Made by a program: the position numbers and the translations under genes. A stretch of DNA of 64,000 nt, taken from NCBI GenBank assembly GCA_046563655.1, contig CM102284.1, positions 2,728,001 through 2,792,000 of the forward strand, in the 5' to 3' direction. Each line of letters starts with the position of its first letter. Position 1 is the first letter of the stretch. The notes beneath the pieces were generated by a model, which made no database searches, was not told the DNA's origin, and worked only from the letters and a program-made list of their open reading frames with translations. Origin of the DNA: Yuukianura sp. NJ FZ-2021. Its lineage: Eukaryota. Shown piece after piece: positions 47,557 through 60,900 of this stretch.

Positions 47557-49061
47557 ATGGGTTCTCTTAGCTCATCACAAGTGCAGGAGGAGGTTATTTC
47601 AACCGAAAATGACAATTTGAAAAACAATGAACAAAGTACAATGGATGTTGGACATGTTCAAACAAAAGCGGTCGGAGGATTGCTTACACCAATCAACTCC
47701 ACGACGCCAAAATTGTTCACGCCATTCGCAATCCGCGGTGTTACGTTCAAGAACAAGTTTTTCGTAAGTTTAAACTTTTGAAAAAAAAAATCTTCTTCCT
47801 CTAATTTTTTTCAAAATTGGGTTTCACCTTTGACCTAACTTTAATTTTGTTGCTTTCAGGTATCTCCAATGTGCATGTACTCATGTGACAAACAAGATGG
47901 GATCATGACTGATTTCCATTTGGCCCATTACGGGAATTTGGCACTTCGTGGGCCAGCATTGGTAGTGATCGAAGCGACATCGGTTGAACCGCGTGGACGC
48001 TTGTCGCCACAAGACACTGGAATTTGGAGTGACGAGCATATCGGACCGCTTCGACGCATTGTGAACCTCGCGCATGCTTCCGGAGCTAAAATAGGAATTC
48101 AAATTGCTCATGGCGGGAGAAAAGCTGGAACAAGACAGCCATTTTATATGTTTGAAGAAAATGGCGGGAAATTGAGCCGTGATGGAGCTGTAGTTCCAAA
48201 ACATGAAGGTGGATTTCCTGATGACTTCGTAGCTCCAAGTCCAATTCCCTGGAAAGAAGGAGGTCTATTTCCGACTCCACACGAACTTACGACGGAAGAA
48301 GTCGAAGAAATTGTTCAGAAGTTTGTTGATGCTGCTAGAAGAGCTGTTGAAGCTGGAGTTGATGTTATTGAGGTGATCATCCGCCTGTAAAACGACTTTC
48401 AAAAGTGAATTTACAGAATTCTGTTTTAAAATTTTCGTTTTTTTTTTAGATTCATGGTGCCCACGGTTATTTGATCCACAGTTTCCTCTCAGGAAACACA
48501 AATAAGCGAACAGACAAGTATGGCGGGACACCGGAAAAGCGACAGCAGTTCCTGATTGAAATCGTCGAAGCTGTTCGCGCCGTCATTCCAAAGGAGATGC
48601 CTCTATTCTGTCGTGTGTCCGGCAGTGACTGTGTTGGCAATGACATTCTATCGCCAGATCCAGAAGGTTGGGATGTTTACCAACTGACTGACCTCTGTCA
48701 TAAGATTGCCCCCTTGGGGGTTGACCTCATTGACATTTCTTCTGGAAACAACTTGTCCACTCGCGGAGGTGTGTTTTTGGGGGGACATGGATATCATCTT
48801 CCTCTATCTGAAGAAGTGAAGAAAGCCAAGATTCATGGACTTTTAGTTGGATCTGTTGGTGCTTTGCATGAAGGTCAAGTAGCAGAAGGAGCACTGCAAC
48901 AAGGAAAAGCTGACGTGGTTTTCGTCGGGAGAGGGTTTGTGAATGATCCGAACTTGGTCCAAACAGTTGCCAAGGAACTGGGTGTCTATGCTCGATGGGC
49001 TGATCAGTATTCGTGGTTCCATGATTTTCCACAGCTCAAGCTGGACGCTAACATAATGTAA
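47557..49061 (+). CDS. NADH:flavin oxidoreductase / Old Yellow Enzyme (YqjM/NamA-type)
   Basis: Exons 47557-47763, 47860-48372, 48450-49061; KLFTP..IRGVTFKNKFF|VSPMCMYS, EATSVEPRGRLSP.DTGIW, GIQIAHGGRKA, E|IHGAHGYLIHSFLS..NKRTDKYGG, GKADVVFVGR. Confidence 0.92.
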
Positions 49062-49528
49062 TCTAACAAAAAAAAACGGGTTAATTAAGGTTGGTATTTA
49101 GTGTTTTTTTTTTCGCTTAAGTTTTGTCCATCGGTTTTGGTTTTTTATTTTATTTTAACAATTTTCGCGATAATAATTTTTGGGAAAATTCAACGATTTC
49201 GAAGAAAATTTTTAAAAATAAAGGTGTTGCTTACAAATAATAAAACTTTCTTCCACTGTAGTAACTCTTGAGTATTCTCTTTGTTTTGTTTTTTTTTAAT
49301 TCAGAATTTCGAAATTTTATTTCAAATGACAGAAATTGTAAGGAAGTCAGGTACACTTTCGCAAAAACAAGTTGAAAAAAAAAAATGGAGAATGTTTTTA
49401 CCGTACAGGCGCTCGTGTTCTTGAGCTACGAGACTCTTATGTTGGGTTACCGCTTGGTAGTTCAGTTGCAATTTTTTTATGTTTATGAAATTTTGTTTCT
49501 TAGCTAGGAAGTGGTTCGCTTTCATAGT

Positions 49529-49601
49529 TGTCTCGGTAGGATTTGAACCCACATCTCCCGTAGAACGGAAAACACTCATTCTCCACTGTGCTACGAAGCA
49601 C
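49529..49601 (-). mobile_element. tRNA-derived SINE head / tRNA pseudogene
   Basis: Reverse strand gcttcgtagcacagtgg (A box) ... gtgggttcaaatcctaccgagac (B box/T arm); anticodon arm not formed. Confidence 0.6.
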
Positions 49602-49920
49602 GAACTTAGATCAGAACAGAATTTTGCAGTCAAAAGCTGAGGGAGATGCGCATTGCATTACAATTGAGCGCTTGTGAAAGTGTATGGTGTGAAGTGGTTA
49701 AGTGGGACGAGAGCAGCAGATGACGTGTGGTGGTGAGGTGGTGGGAGAATGATGAGTCGGCGTCTCTGTAGGTCTTATCAATACGTAAAAAAATTTGAAG
49801 TATCACCGCATTGCATTTTTGTTTGAAATCTTTACACAAAGTTAATTATTCCTTTTTTTAAATTTTTAAATTCTCCCAGCAAAATGTTTAGGCAAAACGG
49901 TGGTATTGGAAATTTTTTGG

Positions 49921-50360
49921 CCACACAGTCGCTTTTACTTAAGCTACGTGCAAGACAGGCAGGCACTGGCGCTGTTGCGTTTTTGCGAAACAGGCACTGG
50001 CACTGCAAGTCTCGGACGGTGGGAATCGAACCCACATCTCCCTGCTTAGTGGGAAACTCGCATACCCCCGACCTCTCACCCCAACAGTATTATTTTTCAG
50101 GAATTTTTTAATCCTTCTGATTTAGTAAGGCAGCGGCCAATTAGTTCTGTATTTTAATAAAATAGAAAAAATATAATAAAAAAAAATTGGTGAGTATTGC
50201 TCAAGCCACACAGACGCTTTAACTTAAGCTACGTGCGAGAGGGAGGCTGCCGGCACCGGAACTTACGCTCCTCTCTGACGGTGGGACTCGAACCCACATC
50301 TCTCTGCTAAGTGGGAAACGCAAATACCTCTGACCTCTCACCCCACTACTATTATTTGCA
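49921..50360 (-). mobile_element. Two tandem tRNA-derived SINE-like copies (49921-50100, 50206-50360)
   Basis: Both carry acttaagctacgtgc and gacggtggga(a/c)tcgaacccacatctc...gtgggaaac...gacctctcacccc (B box GGTTCGA on minus strand). Confidence 0.65.
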
Positions 50361-50626
50361 GAGAAAAAAAAATTTAAATAGCCGAATTTTTATTCTCCGA
50401 ATAATTTTCTTCCGAATAGTTATTATAGAAAGCACAATAAATTAAAATAAATAAGCAACAAATCCAACAAATAAATATTTTTTAGGTTATTTTTTCCTAA
50501 CGCTTTTATGACAGTAGTTACCGATTGCAAAGCAAAACAAGATTGCGGCTGTACATCCAACCTGAAATGGTATCTACGACTAGACCCGTTGCGAGGTTAA
50601 TTTTTAATTACTAATTAGTAATTAGT

Positions 50627-52098
50627 TTAGTCGTGGCTCGAAGTTAGAGAGAAGAATTGTTCATCAAAGTAAGCTGGAGCAGATGAGATGACTCCATCAT
50701 GACTGCGCTTGTGCAGCATAAACAGACCTTGAATCATGGCCATGCTTATTGGCTTCTTCAGTCCACGAATGACCTTGACAAATTCAACTCTATCTTGCTC
50801 GGGTGCGTCCGGATAGAATCGGCTAAACATTCTCTCAATTTGATTATCAGTGGGCAAGGCAATGACGACCTTCATGTCCACTCGTCCTGGACGGGTCATG
50901 GCAGGGTCAAGTCGATCCACATAATTTGTAGTGAGGAATACAATTCGTCCTTCTGTTGAAGCCACTCCGTCCAGAGAGTTGAGGAGTCCACGGAGTGTGA
51001 CTTTTCCAGAAGAAGTTTCGCCTTCGGGTGACCTTAAATCTTTCTTCTTCTTGTCTTCGTCATCTTGGTCAACAATGTCACGACTCGGAAAGGCAGCATC
51101 AATATCTTCTAGCAAAATAATACTGTTCTCGGGTGTACTGTTCATCAAGTTGTTCAAACTGTCGTCGTTCATGTTCTTTGAAGAGGAGAGCGACAGGATA
51201 CAAATGTTATATCTGAATACGAGAAAAAAAGCGTTTAAAAAAAACCAAAATCCAGCTTTGTCAATTTTTCAAAAATTCAAAATTTTTCAAATCTTTACCC
51301 AAATTCTCCTGCGATGGCCTTGACGAAAGATGATTTTCCGTTTCCTGGAGGTCCGTACAGAAGATATCCTCGGCGGTATGGAATTCCACGATCACGGTAC
51401 CAGTCTTCGCTGTTTCTGAATTCCGTGACATCTTCGACCAAGCCGGACAGCGTATGTTCATTCAAAATGACCGAATTGAGTGGTCGCTTTCTCTTGGCAT
51501 TTCCAAATTCAGCCCAGTAAGTTCCGTCATGTGCATAGTAGAATCTGGTTCTCGTTTCGTCTGGCTCTTCGTCTTCAAAATTAGAATGGATTTCATCCAG
51601 AATTGAATTGAGAACAGAAGCGTTTGACCTCCACGTTCGAAACGTAATTGATTCAATCGGTTTCATGTCCTCAATAATGCCTACTTCTCCAAGCCGCTTG
51701 CGCTCTACCTTGATCCAGGCTCCTTTGTGCTGGAAGTAGTGCGGTGTGGCTTCAAATCCTGGTGGCTTGTTGAGTAACGTCGTGACTCTGCCGGCTTCAT
51801 CGCGATGCCGCTCTGTCATGACTTGGTAGTGCTTCCAGTCCTTGACGTTATCGTAGAGCCACTTGAGAGAATACCTGTACAGGTCACCGCAAGGGTCCAT
51901 GACCCCTGTGACCTCAAATGAAACTGTGAAGGCATCTAGCACTTTCTGCTTCAGACGAGCACCAAATTTAAATGTGAGGTAGGACAGGAGAGCGACAATG
52001 CTCAGGACGACGGCGGATACAAAAACGGCGGAATTTCGCGGTAGAGCTAAAAATTCAGTGCCGGCTTGGCAGTAACTGTCGTGATGTGGGGACTCCAT
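50627..52098 (-). CDS. BCS1: BCS1-like mitochondrial AAA chaperone
   Basis: Two exons; N-terminal TM; KRPLNSVIL, WYRDRGIPYRRGYLLYGPPGNGKSS, ILLEDIDAAF, VTLRGLLNSLDGVASTEGRI, TTNYVDRLDPAMTRPGRVD, ISMAMIQG. Confidence 0.9.
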
Positions 52099-53153
52099 GC
52101 TTTTTGGTTGTTTCAAAAGCTTGTCCAATGTGAAACTGATGATCTTCTGGAACAGAGAAAGGTTTTTATAGTCCTCTTGACGATGTCGACTGACTGACTA
52201 ACTTAATCTGACTGACTAAAAGCCAACGTTTCGTTTCGTTTTTGAAGAATCACTATTAGTCACTCTGAAAGTTGCAAATCCAAACGTGTCGTTGTCGATT
52301 TGTGTAAAAATGGGCTACCTTTTTAGCAAATGTGGTCTTTGCATGTCTCTCCCACCAACAACAAAAGTTGGGAGAGTCATGCAAAATTCAATGAAAAAGA
52401 AAAACTCGTCATGAAACTCTTTTTGCAAAAAGTGAAGCACGAAGCTATTGCAAAAACTTAGCGTGGGGTTCGTTTAACATACTGCAGTGTTTTTGCGCAT
52501 GACTCATCATTGCGAATTCTCTTTTTTGGCTCTTTCTTTCCTTTCCAAGTCGGCCTCGTTCCCTTCCATGGTTGTAGCATTTTCCCAATGTCAAAGTCAA
52601 TGTCACGGACGTTCAGAACTCAACAGATGAGTCGATCGATACGGCGGAGGTCTTGGATAAACTCAGCATTATGAAAGGCAACTTCGATAACGTTTTTCCG
52701 ATTCATGTAAGTGGAAAACACTGAATGAGATTTTGAATGATAAGATTACATTTTTACAAAAAATCACAGAAACTATATCTGGTAATGTGTAACATCCATT
52801 TCCACTTTATGAAATTTTTAGAATGATGTCAAAAATGGACATTTCGAAATTCGCAATGAAATTAGCCCATACACAAAGTTTGACGAAATATGAAAGTGTT
52901 TAATAGCCTTGAACTGAAGGGCGTTGGCTGTGACACGTTCTGTATGATGATTCGAAAATCATGTTTTTAGTTAATTGAATTTTGGAATTCTTTTCTCAGA
53001 AAAAAATTCTAAATTTGGGAAATTTGGGAATATAATTTTCGAAAGTGTCTCATTTCCTAAACAGAGTTTACCCGGGTTAAGGTAAACTTTGTTTTTCGGC
53101 ATTTTTTTAAACTTTTCATTTTCTTTAAACTTAACAGAACATTAGAAACAGAG

Positions 53154-56100
53154 ATGTTGTTTGATTGTTCAATTTTGTTCGTTGGCATTGGGTATTTGGT
53201 TAATTGTCCAAAGATTTGGGCTCAATATGGGACAGAGGAAGCGACGCAAGTTGAGGTTAATCGTGTCCCGATGTACTTGGGATGTTACAGTTCTGCAAAC
53301 GTCACAAGCAGGTCGTCAAAGGCCAATTTGAGTGACTTTGTGGCAAGAGAGGTGAAAGGTCATACAGTGTCAAGTTGTCTTCAATGGTGTTTGGAGCAGG
53401 TATTTGTATTTTTACGCCTCATAAAAATAAACACCAACAAAAAAGCAATGTAAATAGTTTTCATAATTCAATTCATTGTTGAGTTTTCTTCACCGGATTT
53501 TTTGATTTGCTTTTATTTTTTATTTGTTTCAAATTTCAGAATTTTGAACAGAAGTTACGAATAATTTTTGGAATTCAAGCGGACTTTTGTATTTGTACCA
53601 ATTGGACATATTTGAATTTGACCTACGTTGACCTCTATGAAGTTGATGACAAGTACTGTTCCTCTTCTCCAAAAAATTTAGAACTGGAAACGCTGTCACT
53701 TTCGGATGGAAATTTCTCTCTTTTCACGTTCTGTCCCCACGTCAAGGTCAACATACAAGATTCTGAAATTTTAAAATTCAGCGTCGACTCTGAAATAGAT
53801 GTAGTCAGTCACTGTGCTACGTTAACTTCGGAGTATCCAACTTCAAAATGGAATTTTTCTGGAGTCGTTGAAACGGCGTCTGGTCAGCTAATGCTCTACC
53901 AAAGTTTTAATGAAATTTTGAATCAAGTCAGGCTGACCTGTGAAGAACATTCAGATGCCGACATAAGGTCAAAGGTCATTGACATTTTTGTAATTCTGAG
54001 GTCAAACACTTCTTCGACTTACTACAACTTCGATGGACTGGCGTACGACAACGGATTAAAATTCAACTTAACTTACTCCAGCGTAGACGCTGAAAATTGT
54101 CAAGAGTGTCTAGTTACCCAAACAGAAAGAAAAGAATCTAAAGCCGTTTATTGCGGAAATCTTGACTGGAGCAACATGACATTGGTGAGCATCTACAGCC
54201 AAAGGCGGCAAATGTCAGATGTGTGTGGGTTGTGTCCGATTTCGGATGAAATCAACTGGAATTTACCAAATTCAAATTCGGAAGGTCCATGGACTATTAT
54301 GATCTCTACAGCAGACAGGAACAGAACACGACCGAAGATTGAAGTTACTGGTGGGGGATATAGCGATCAAACTGACGACGGTGACATTCCAGTATCAGAA
54401 GCTCCAAGTCCAAAGGCTGTTGATCACCCATGTGACCATGGTAAGCACTAAATTAAAAAAAAACAGCTGAGAAAATAAGTTCGGAAAAATTTTTTTTTAA
54501 ATTTCACAAAGAATATTTTTGTACAATTGTATCATAGCGGATTGCCGACAAGTTGATAAGTACGGTACAGAGTGGTGCGGTAGTGCTGGCCAGACGGTAC
54601 AAAAACTTTGTCCAGGAAAGGCTACTGGAACAGCATTTTGGACATGTACAGCTTCCAATTCCTTTGATTCAGAGTACCCCAACTTTGTCAACTGCAGCAG
54701 TAACTGGCTCCGCGAAATTCAAAAATATGTTGAAACGGCAAGTCGACATTTGATCTTTAAGCGCTGACCTTTGACCTTTGACCTGCAAAATACAATATTG
54801 AATTACTTTTATAGAACGAAACTCTGACTACCGTAGCTGCAATGCATTACCTTGAACTGATCAATGTCAAATGCAGAGATTCAGTAGCCCAAGGTATGGA
54901 TCCGCTGCCACCACCGTACTTCTCACATGAAATTCATCCCATTTTTGACCTAGCGGCGGAAACTGTAGTTAAAATTGACCCTAGCGTTGCATTTGCACAT
55001 TACGAAGCAGTCAGTTTTCGTGCCGTGGACATCATGCGACATGTTTTCATAAACCAGTACCCATGGAAAATCCTTGGAGCAGTAAAGTTTTGAAATTTTA
55101 AATTCAAATTGAAAAAAAAAACAGAAATAATTTTAAAACACTTTTTTTAAATCACTTGTTTCAACTTTTTTTCTAGAGATACTGCTCCCAGGCTGGCACA
55201 GCGTTTATTCTAGGGATTGAAAAAGTCACAATGGAACTGACTTTTCGTGTGGCCAGTGACAACGCTTGGATGAGAGAAAATACACGATATTTACATGACT
55301 TTGCACGATTTGAGATGAACACGACCTCTGCAACACAGGTCATCAGTACCACCAGCAACGAATCCATTTGCTATCCATTTCCATGTAACGAAACCAGCGG
55401 TAGTTACATTCGTCTTCCAGGTAAAAATTACATTCATCTATGAATTTAGTTGCGACCTTTGACCTCTGACATATTTTTTCCAGATGACTGGGCAACATAC
55501 TTTCCGCAAAAACAGGATATCCAGTTCATCGGAATGGCCATTATGGCCAACTACACCAACTCCGCGTTTCCAAGTACTTTATATAACGAGTGAGTTTTGA
55601 GTTGGGAATGGTCATAAGTTGACACCGCCGCGGGGCTTGTCAACATTGGGCGCTACTTTGAAGATTTACTTTTACCTAGGTCAAACCATGGCAATATGAT
55701 CATCAATGGGAAGATGATGACTTTTAGCTTCGATTCTACCGCGAGGGAGTTATTACAGAAGCATGCAACCAATTTTTCGGGTCAGGATTCTACAAATTCA
55801 AAATTTTGATTTTAAAATTTCGAATATCATTTTTGTTTTAGTAGGAGACGGAATAATGATACAGTTTGAGCATGAAGTTATTGCACTGGATACGGAAAGA
55901 AAACAAATTCGACGTGACCTGCGGCCCGGAGAACTTCCAGAACCGATACTCGGCACCGCCGTGTGTGTCTACTGGGATACCACAAATTTGTAACTACCTG
56001 AATTGAAAAACTTTGAAATTTTTGATTTCTGAAGTATGACAAAATTTTGAACTTTTTGTAGTGTGTGGTCAGGAGTAGGCTGCGAAGTAGTTTCAAGTAA

Positions 56101-57668
56101 TAGTACGTTCACACTGTGCAAGTGTTTCCATCTGAGCTCTTTTGCTGTTCTCTTTTCAGTTCATGACTACATTGTAAGTTAAAATTTTGAAAATTGGATT
56201 TCAAAAAATTCACAGAAAACTTAAACTTTTTTTTTTTGAAAAACAGGGTAGAAACAAAGCTTTGGGAATTTTGACATGGATTCTCAGTTCACTTTCTTCA
56301 ATTTGCCTCATGATCTGTCTACTGATTTTGTGTTCTTCAAAAACGAAGTCCGGAAGGTCACCTCGGAACGAAGTTACGATCCACCTCTGTGCCAATCTGC
56401 TTGCGGGAAACGTTGCTCTGCTGATCTTCATGGACAGACACTTCCTGGATCTTGATACAGTATTACATAAGCTTCTGCAATTAATTAGTAAAATTTAACC
56501 AATGCCATTTGGTAAATTGATCCTTGAATGCTTTTAGACAATGTGTGCCATTGGCGGAGTGCTGATCCACTTCTTCTTCCTGGCCGCCTTTTGCTGGATG
56601 ACAATCGAAGCACTTCAGTTGTACCGTTTAGTAGTCGTTGTGTTTGACAGTGGACGAGATTACGACTGGGCACAAAGGATTTTGGGCTATGGCATTCCCA
56701 CGTTCATTGTATGCGGTACTCTCATTGTTGGAATGGCCCATAACCACAATTCTTACGGTGGAGAAGAATTGTACGGCTTCGACCTCTATTGACCTCTGTT
56801 CTATTGGTTTCATGCCATTTCATCGAATGAATTTGACTTTCGTTGTATTTGGTTTCGAGGAAATTCTTTCGGAAAAGTACGCTACGTTGTAGTTCATTCG
56901 ATGAAATGGCGTGCTCCCGTTGTATTCCACTCAGACAATGAAGTTTTTGATTCTGATTTTTTTGTAGTTGCTGGCTACATGACGAACATATTTGGGCCTT
57001 CATTGGGCCGGTTGCCATCTTGTTAACAGCAAGTTAAAAATATGAAAATTGAATCCCCGAATGGTAAAATTGGCCATTGTAAAATATGATTTTGTTTTGG
57101 AATTTTCGGTTAGATCAATCTGGTGATTCTGTTGTTGAGTTTGTACATGGCACACAAGCTGAAGAAGCGTACAAATGCGTACGGAGGACTGAATAAGAAG
57201 CCGATTGGGTAAAGGTCACGAGTAAACATCGATAGAAGTCAAAAGTTAACTTTAATTTCATTTTCAGATCATGGATAAAGGGTACAGCTAGTTTGACGTG
57301 TCTGTTGGGCTTGTGTTGGATATTTGGATTCTTCATGTTGGTATCACCCGACTCCAGGATTACGGAAGTGTTTGCATTTTTATTCACGATCCTAAATGCG
57401 TCACAGGTCAGAGGGCAATTCTCCAACCAGTAAATGATTTTGAATTTTCTGAATTCAAGGTCTATTTAATCATAAAATTTCGAAATTTAAGGGTTTCCTG
57501 CTATTCATCTTCCATTTCCTGCTGAATTCCCAAGTCCAACTCCAAATAAAACAGACCTCCCAAAAATTAAAATGGAAGATCTTATCCAAACGTTCCCGTA
57601 GAACACAATCTGTGTCAACGCTGAAGTGCAGTAGCGATTTTACCAGCACTTCAACAACCAAGCCATAA
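53154..57668 (+). CDS. Adhesion GPCR, paralog of 40474-46521 (WSC-like, HRM, GAIN/GPS, 7TM)
   Basis: YLGCY...TVSSCLQWC...FCIC (WSC-like); CPGKATGTAFWTC...PNFVNC (HRM); CVYWD..WSGVGC..CKCFHLSSFAVL (GPS); HFFFLAAFCWMTIE, WAFIGP, FTILNASQG; shares intron positions with the first aGPCR. Confidence 0.87.
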
Positions 57669-57994
57669 GAGCCAAGGTGCTCCGTATATATGCTGCCTCC
57701 CAAACAACACAAAATGTGACCCCGTCGGTAACATAAAAAGTGTGGCATTACGTTGCCTTTGACCTTTCGTTGAATTTTACCATTTCAACTTAACTTCTTC
57801 GACAATTTCAACTTTTCACTTCTAAGTCACACGCCACGCGCCTTCAGGAAAATATTTAAAGTTTTTTGTTCAAGATCAAGTTAATTAAAATGTAAGGTTT
57901 TATGGTTTGAAGAAATTTGGAAACTTGCTCTTTAACGTTGTTTTCTATTCAAAAATGTTTTATTCAATTTTAATCTCCTTGAAATTATATATCT

Positions 57995-60900
57995 TTATTC
58001 AATTTTGTCTTCATTAACTGTCACTGCAACAGCATGAACTAAAGGAAAATGAAATGGATTTTTCTCTTTTTTAAGAAGACTCAAAGAAGTTGATCTTTGC
58101 ACTGTAACAAAGTCTCCCAAATGTGTCAGCAAGAAATCTATAATTCCTGCCCTGCTAATCACCTGCAGAAGAAACTCTTCTTTAAAAAAAGTTTGCAAAA
58201 GCTTATAATCTATGACGTGGAGGCCACTGAACTTCCACTTTAGTGGCAGAACGTCATTTTGAAGCAGATCGTATCTGGCTTTCAGTGTCGGTGACACACG
58301 CTGCAGTACATGAGTTTTAGGCAAATGTGATATAATATCTAAAACAAGTTTCTGAAACTGGCGGATTTCAGCCAGCGATGTATCTAAAACATAAATTGTA
58401 CTGTCGTTGGGAGTTAGTCTAATAGAGTTGATGTTGACAAAAGCTTCGTGTAGAACGTTTGTGTGTTTTAACTTCGTCAGATTCTGAAACGGAATGATAA
58501 CAGCTTCTAGTCGGTTGTCCACAAATTCCGAAACATATCGGAAAATTCCTTGACTTGTATTCAGACTTTGAAGCCGAAGTTCAAATTTGAGATTTCGTAC
58601 TTTTTCGTACTTCCGATTTGTAATGTCTGCTGGATCTCTTTGTTGAGCGTTGGCAAAACTCCAAGGGCGTCGAGACAGTTGAACTGCCCTGTCATGTCGA
58701 CCGAGTATTCGTGACAAAGTAAATGACTGCAGGTCAGGACAATACTTAGTAGTGGCAGCTAACGTCTGTGGACTAATTTCAACAGTGGTAAGGTTAATAA
58801 CCTTCAGCCTACTCTGAACCTTGGCGGGAATTGGTTTGAATTCATCAAAACCAAACGGCGTTTTATCTCCAACAAAGTTGTAAGTCTGTGTTCTCCATGC
58901 CGTTTTTTCAAAAGATTTGAGTCTGCGCAGAGCCTGAAATTCTTCCTCCGAAGTCCAAAAATATGATTGCTTTGTGCATAAGTAAAAATAATTTTTGCGT
59001 TCGTTGTCGCTCGGAATAGTGGAATTCCATGCATCGTTTTCCTTTTTTAGAACAATTGCTTTTCCAGGCGAAGGAGTTTGCGCCAAAATACTTTTCAGGA
59101 AAGCGTTTGAATCGGGAAATTGATCTTTACTTTCAATATAAATTGATTCCGCGTTTGGAAACATTAAACTTGCGTGTTCAATTGAAAATTGGCAATTGAA
59201 GCAGCAGAAGGTTTGCAGTTTATCAAACAACTTTTGACCGCTGTTCAGGACTCTCACATTTGACAGTGACAGATGAGTCATGTCCGGTGGCAAGTCACTT
59301 AAATTTACCTCAAATTGACTGTCCACTTTAGCAGGATTCCAGACCAATGTAGTTAGTTCTGTCAGATTTTTAAGCAAGCTTGACAAGTGCCGAACATCAA
59401 TAGAGACGCGATCCAGAACCAGTTCTGCCAATGTGTCAATGCTGCTGATTTTTTGTAAATTCAATTCACATTTATGTAAAGCTAAACGTCGAAGTGTAAA
59501 ATCCAAGTTTTTTGAATATCTTTCCAAAATGTTGTCAACGAGTTTGGTTTGCTGAACAGTTAGTTCTCCAGTTCTGGTTCGGATGCGTAGAATTCGAAAA
59601 ATGTTGACCACAAGCTCAATGTCAACATTCATAGTCAGCAGCAGTTCTGGGCTCCAGTTATCCACGTTCTTAAAATTTTTATCAAAAAATAACAAACTTC
59701 TCAAAAATGACTTGCCAATTACATTCGGGAAAGTTCTGTCCACTGGAATTGATCCGAATTCTTTCGTTTCGTTCAAAATGTCCAAAGTAAATGAAGATAG
59801 CAGCGGAAGAATTATGGTTTGTGCATGCGTCGTGGTTGTCAAATTACTGATATCTACATTGGTGAGGCTGATGGATTGGATTGCTTTTGAACTCTGTAAA
59901 GCAGTCAACAGCGTTTCAAGGCGAAGACGCACATGATCCAATTCAAGTGACGTTAGGCGTTGGTACCACTCCCGCGGTAGGGCTCCAAATTCGGCAAAAT
60001 TTGTTTCCGTTCCATGAAGAGCGTAAGGATAGGCCGGATTTTGGAGCAAGTCGCGAGCAATTTCCCCAGTGATGGCTTCAATGACGTCACGAATCCAAAA
60101 AATGTAGGGGTAAATTCGTGTGAAAACGGCAAAATTTTTGCAGACTCCTCCAACTTCTGTGTCTGGGTCACCGGAACTCACAATTCCCTGAATTTTTGAA
60201 AAATTGGTACAATTACCAAATCATTATAAAATCACACAATCGGATTTTTCCTTTACTCCTGCCAAGGTTGCTATAGCGGCTATATATACAAATGCGCTAA
60301 CAGGTTGTGCCATAACTCATTTTTTTGAAAAAAGTACGGAATGGCAAGTTTTGTACAAATTCCGTTTGAGTTGTATGGCGCAAGGTTCACAAATTGAAGA
60401 GAAAATTCAAAACATTTTTTTAAAACAGGAGTTATGTCATAACCTGTTAAGAAAAAACGAACAAAATTTCGATTTAAACAACCTTGAATCCACTCACATG
60501 AATGTAGAATTTTTCGTGAATTAACGATGAAACAACAAGTCCGCCTCCGGAGTCTCCATTACACAGAGTATTCCAACTAGTGCCTAAAACATTTAAAAAA
60601 AAAAAACAGTCAGATTATACAAAGATTTTGGAAATAACTTTACTGAATTGAGTTTTTACCGTTTCTACTTCCACCACAAAATTGAGACTCTGTAAGCACT
60701 CGCCCGAGGGCACTGCGGCACTCCGCGTGTGAATTGACCTGGAGCGTTAATGACCTCAGCGTTTTAGAAACTTTTCCAGTTTCGGTTATTCCGAATCCTG
60801 AAACCTGGACAAATTAGTTTATACAACGTTAGTGAAAGTTAGGCTAATCATGATTCGGATATGTAAGCATAAGATTGACCTACCTGTGCTGCACTCCCTG

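Noticed and set aside
47557-49061. Bacterial contamination explaining the OYE gene
   Set aside because: Contains two spliceosomal introns and host-like flanks
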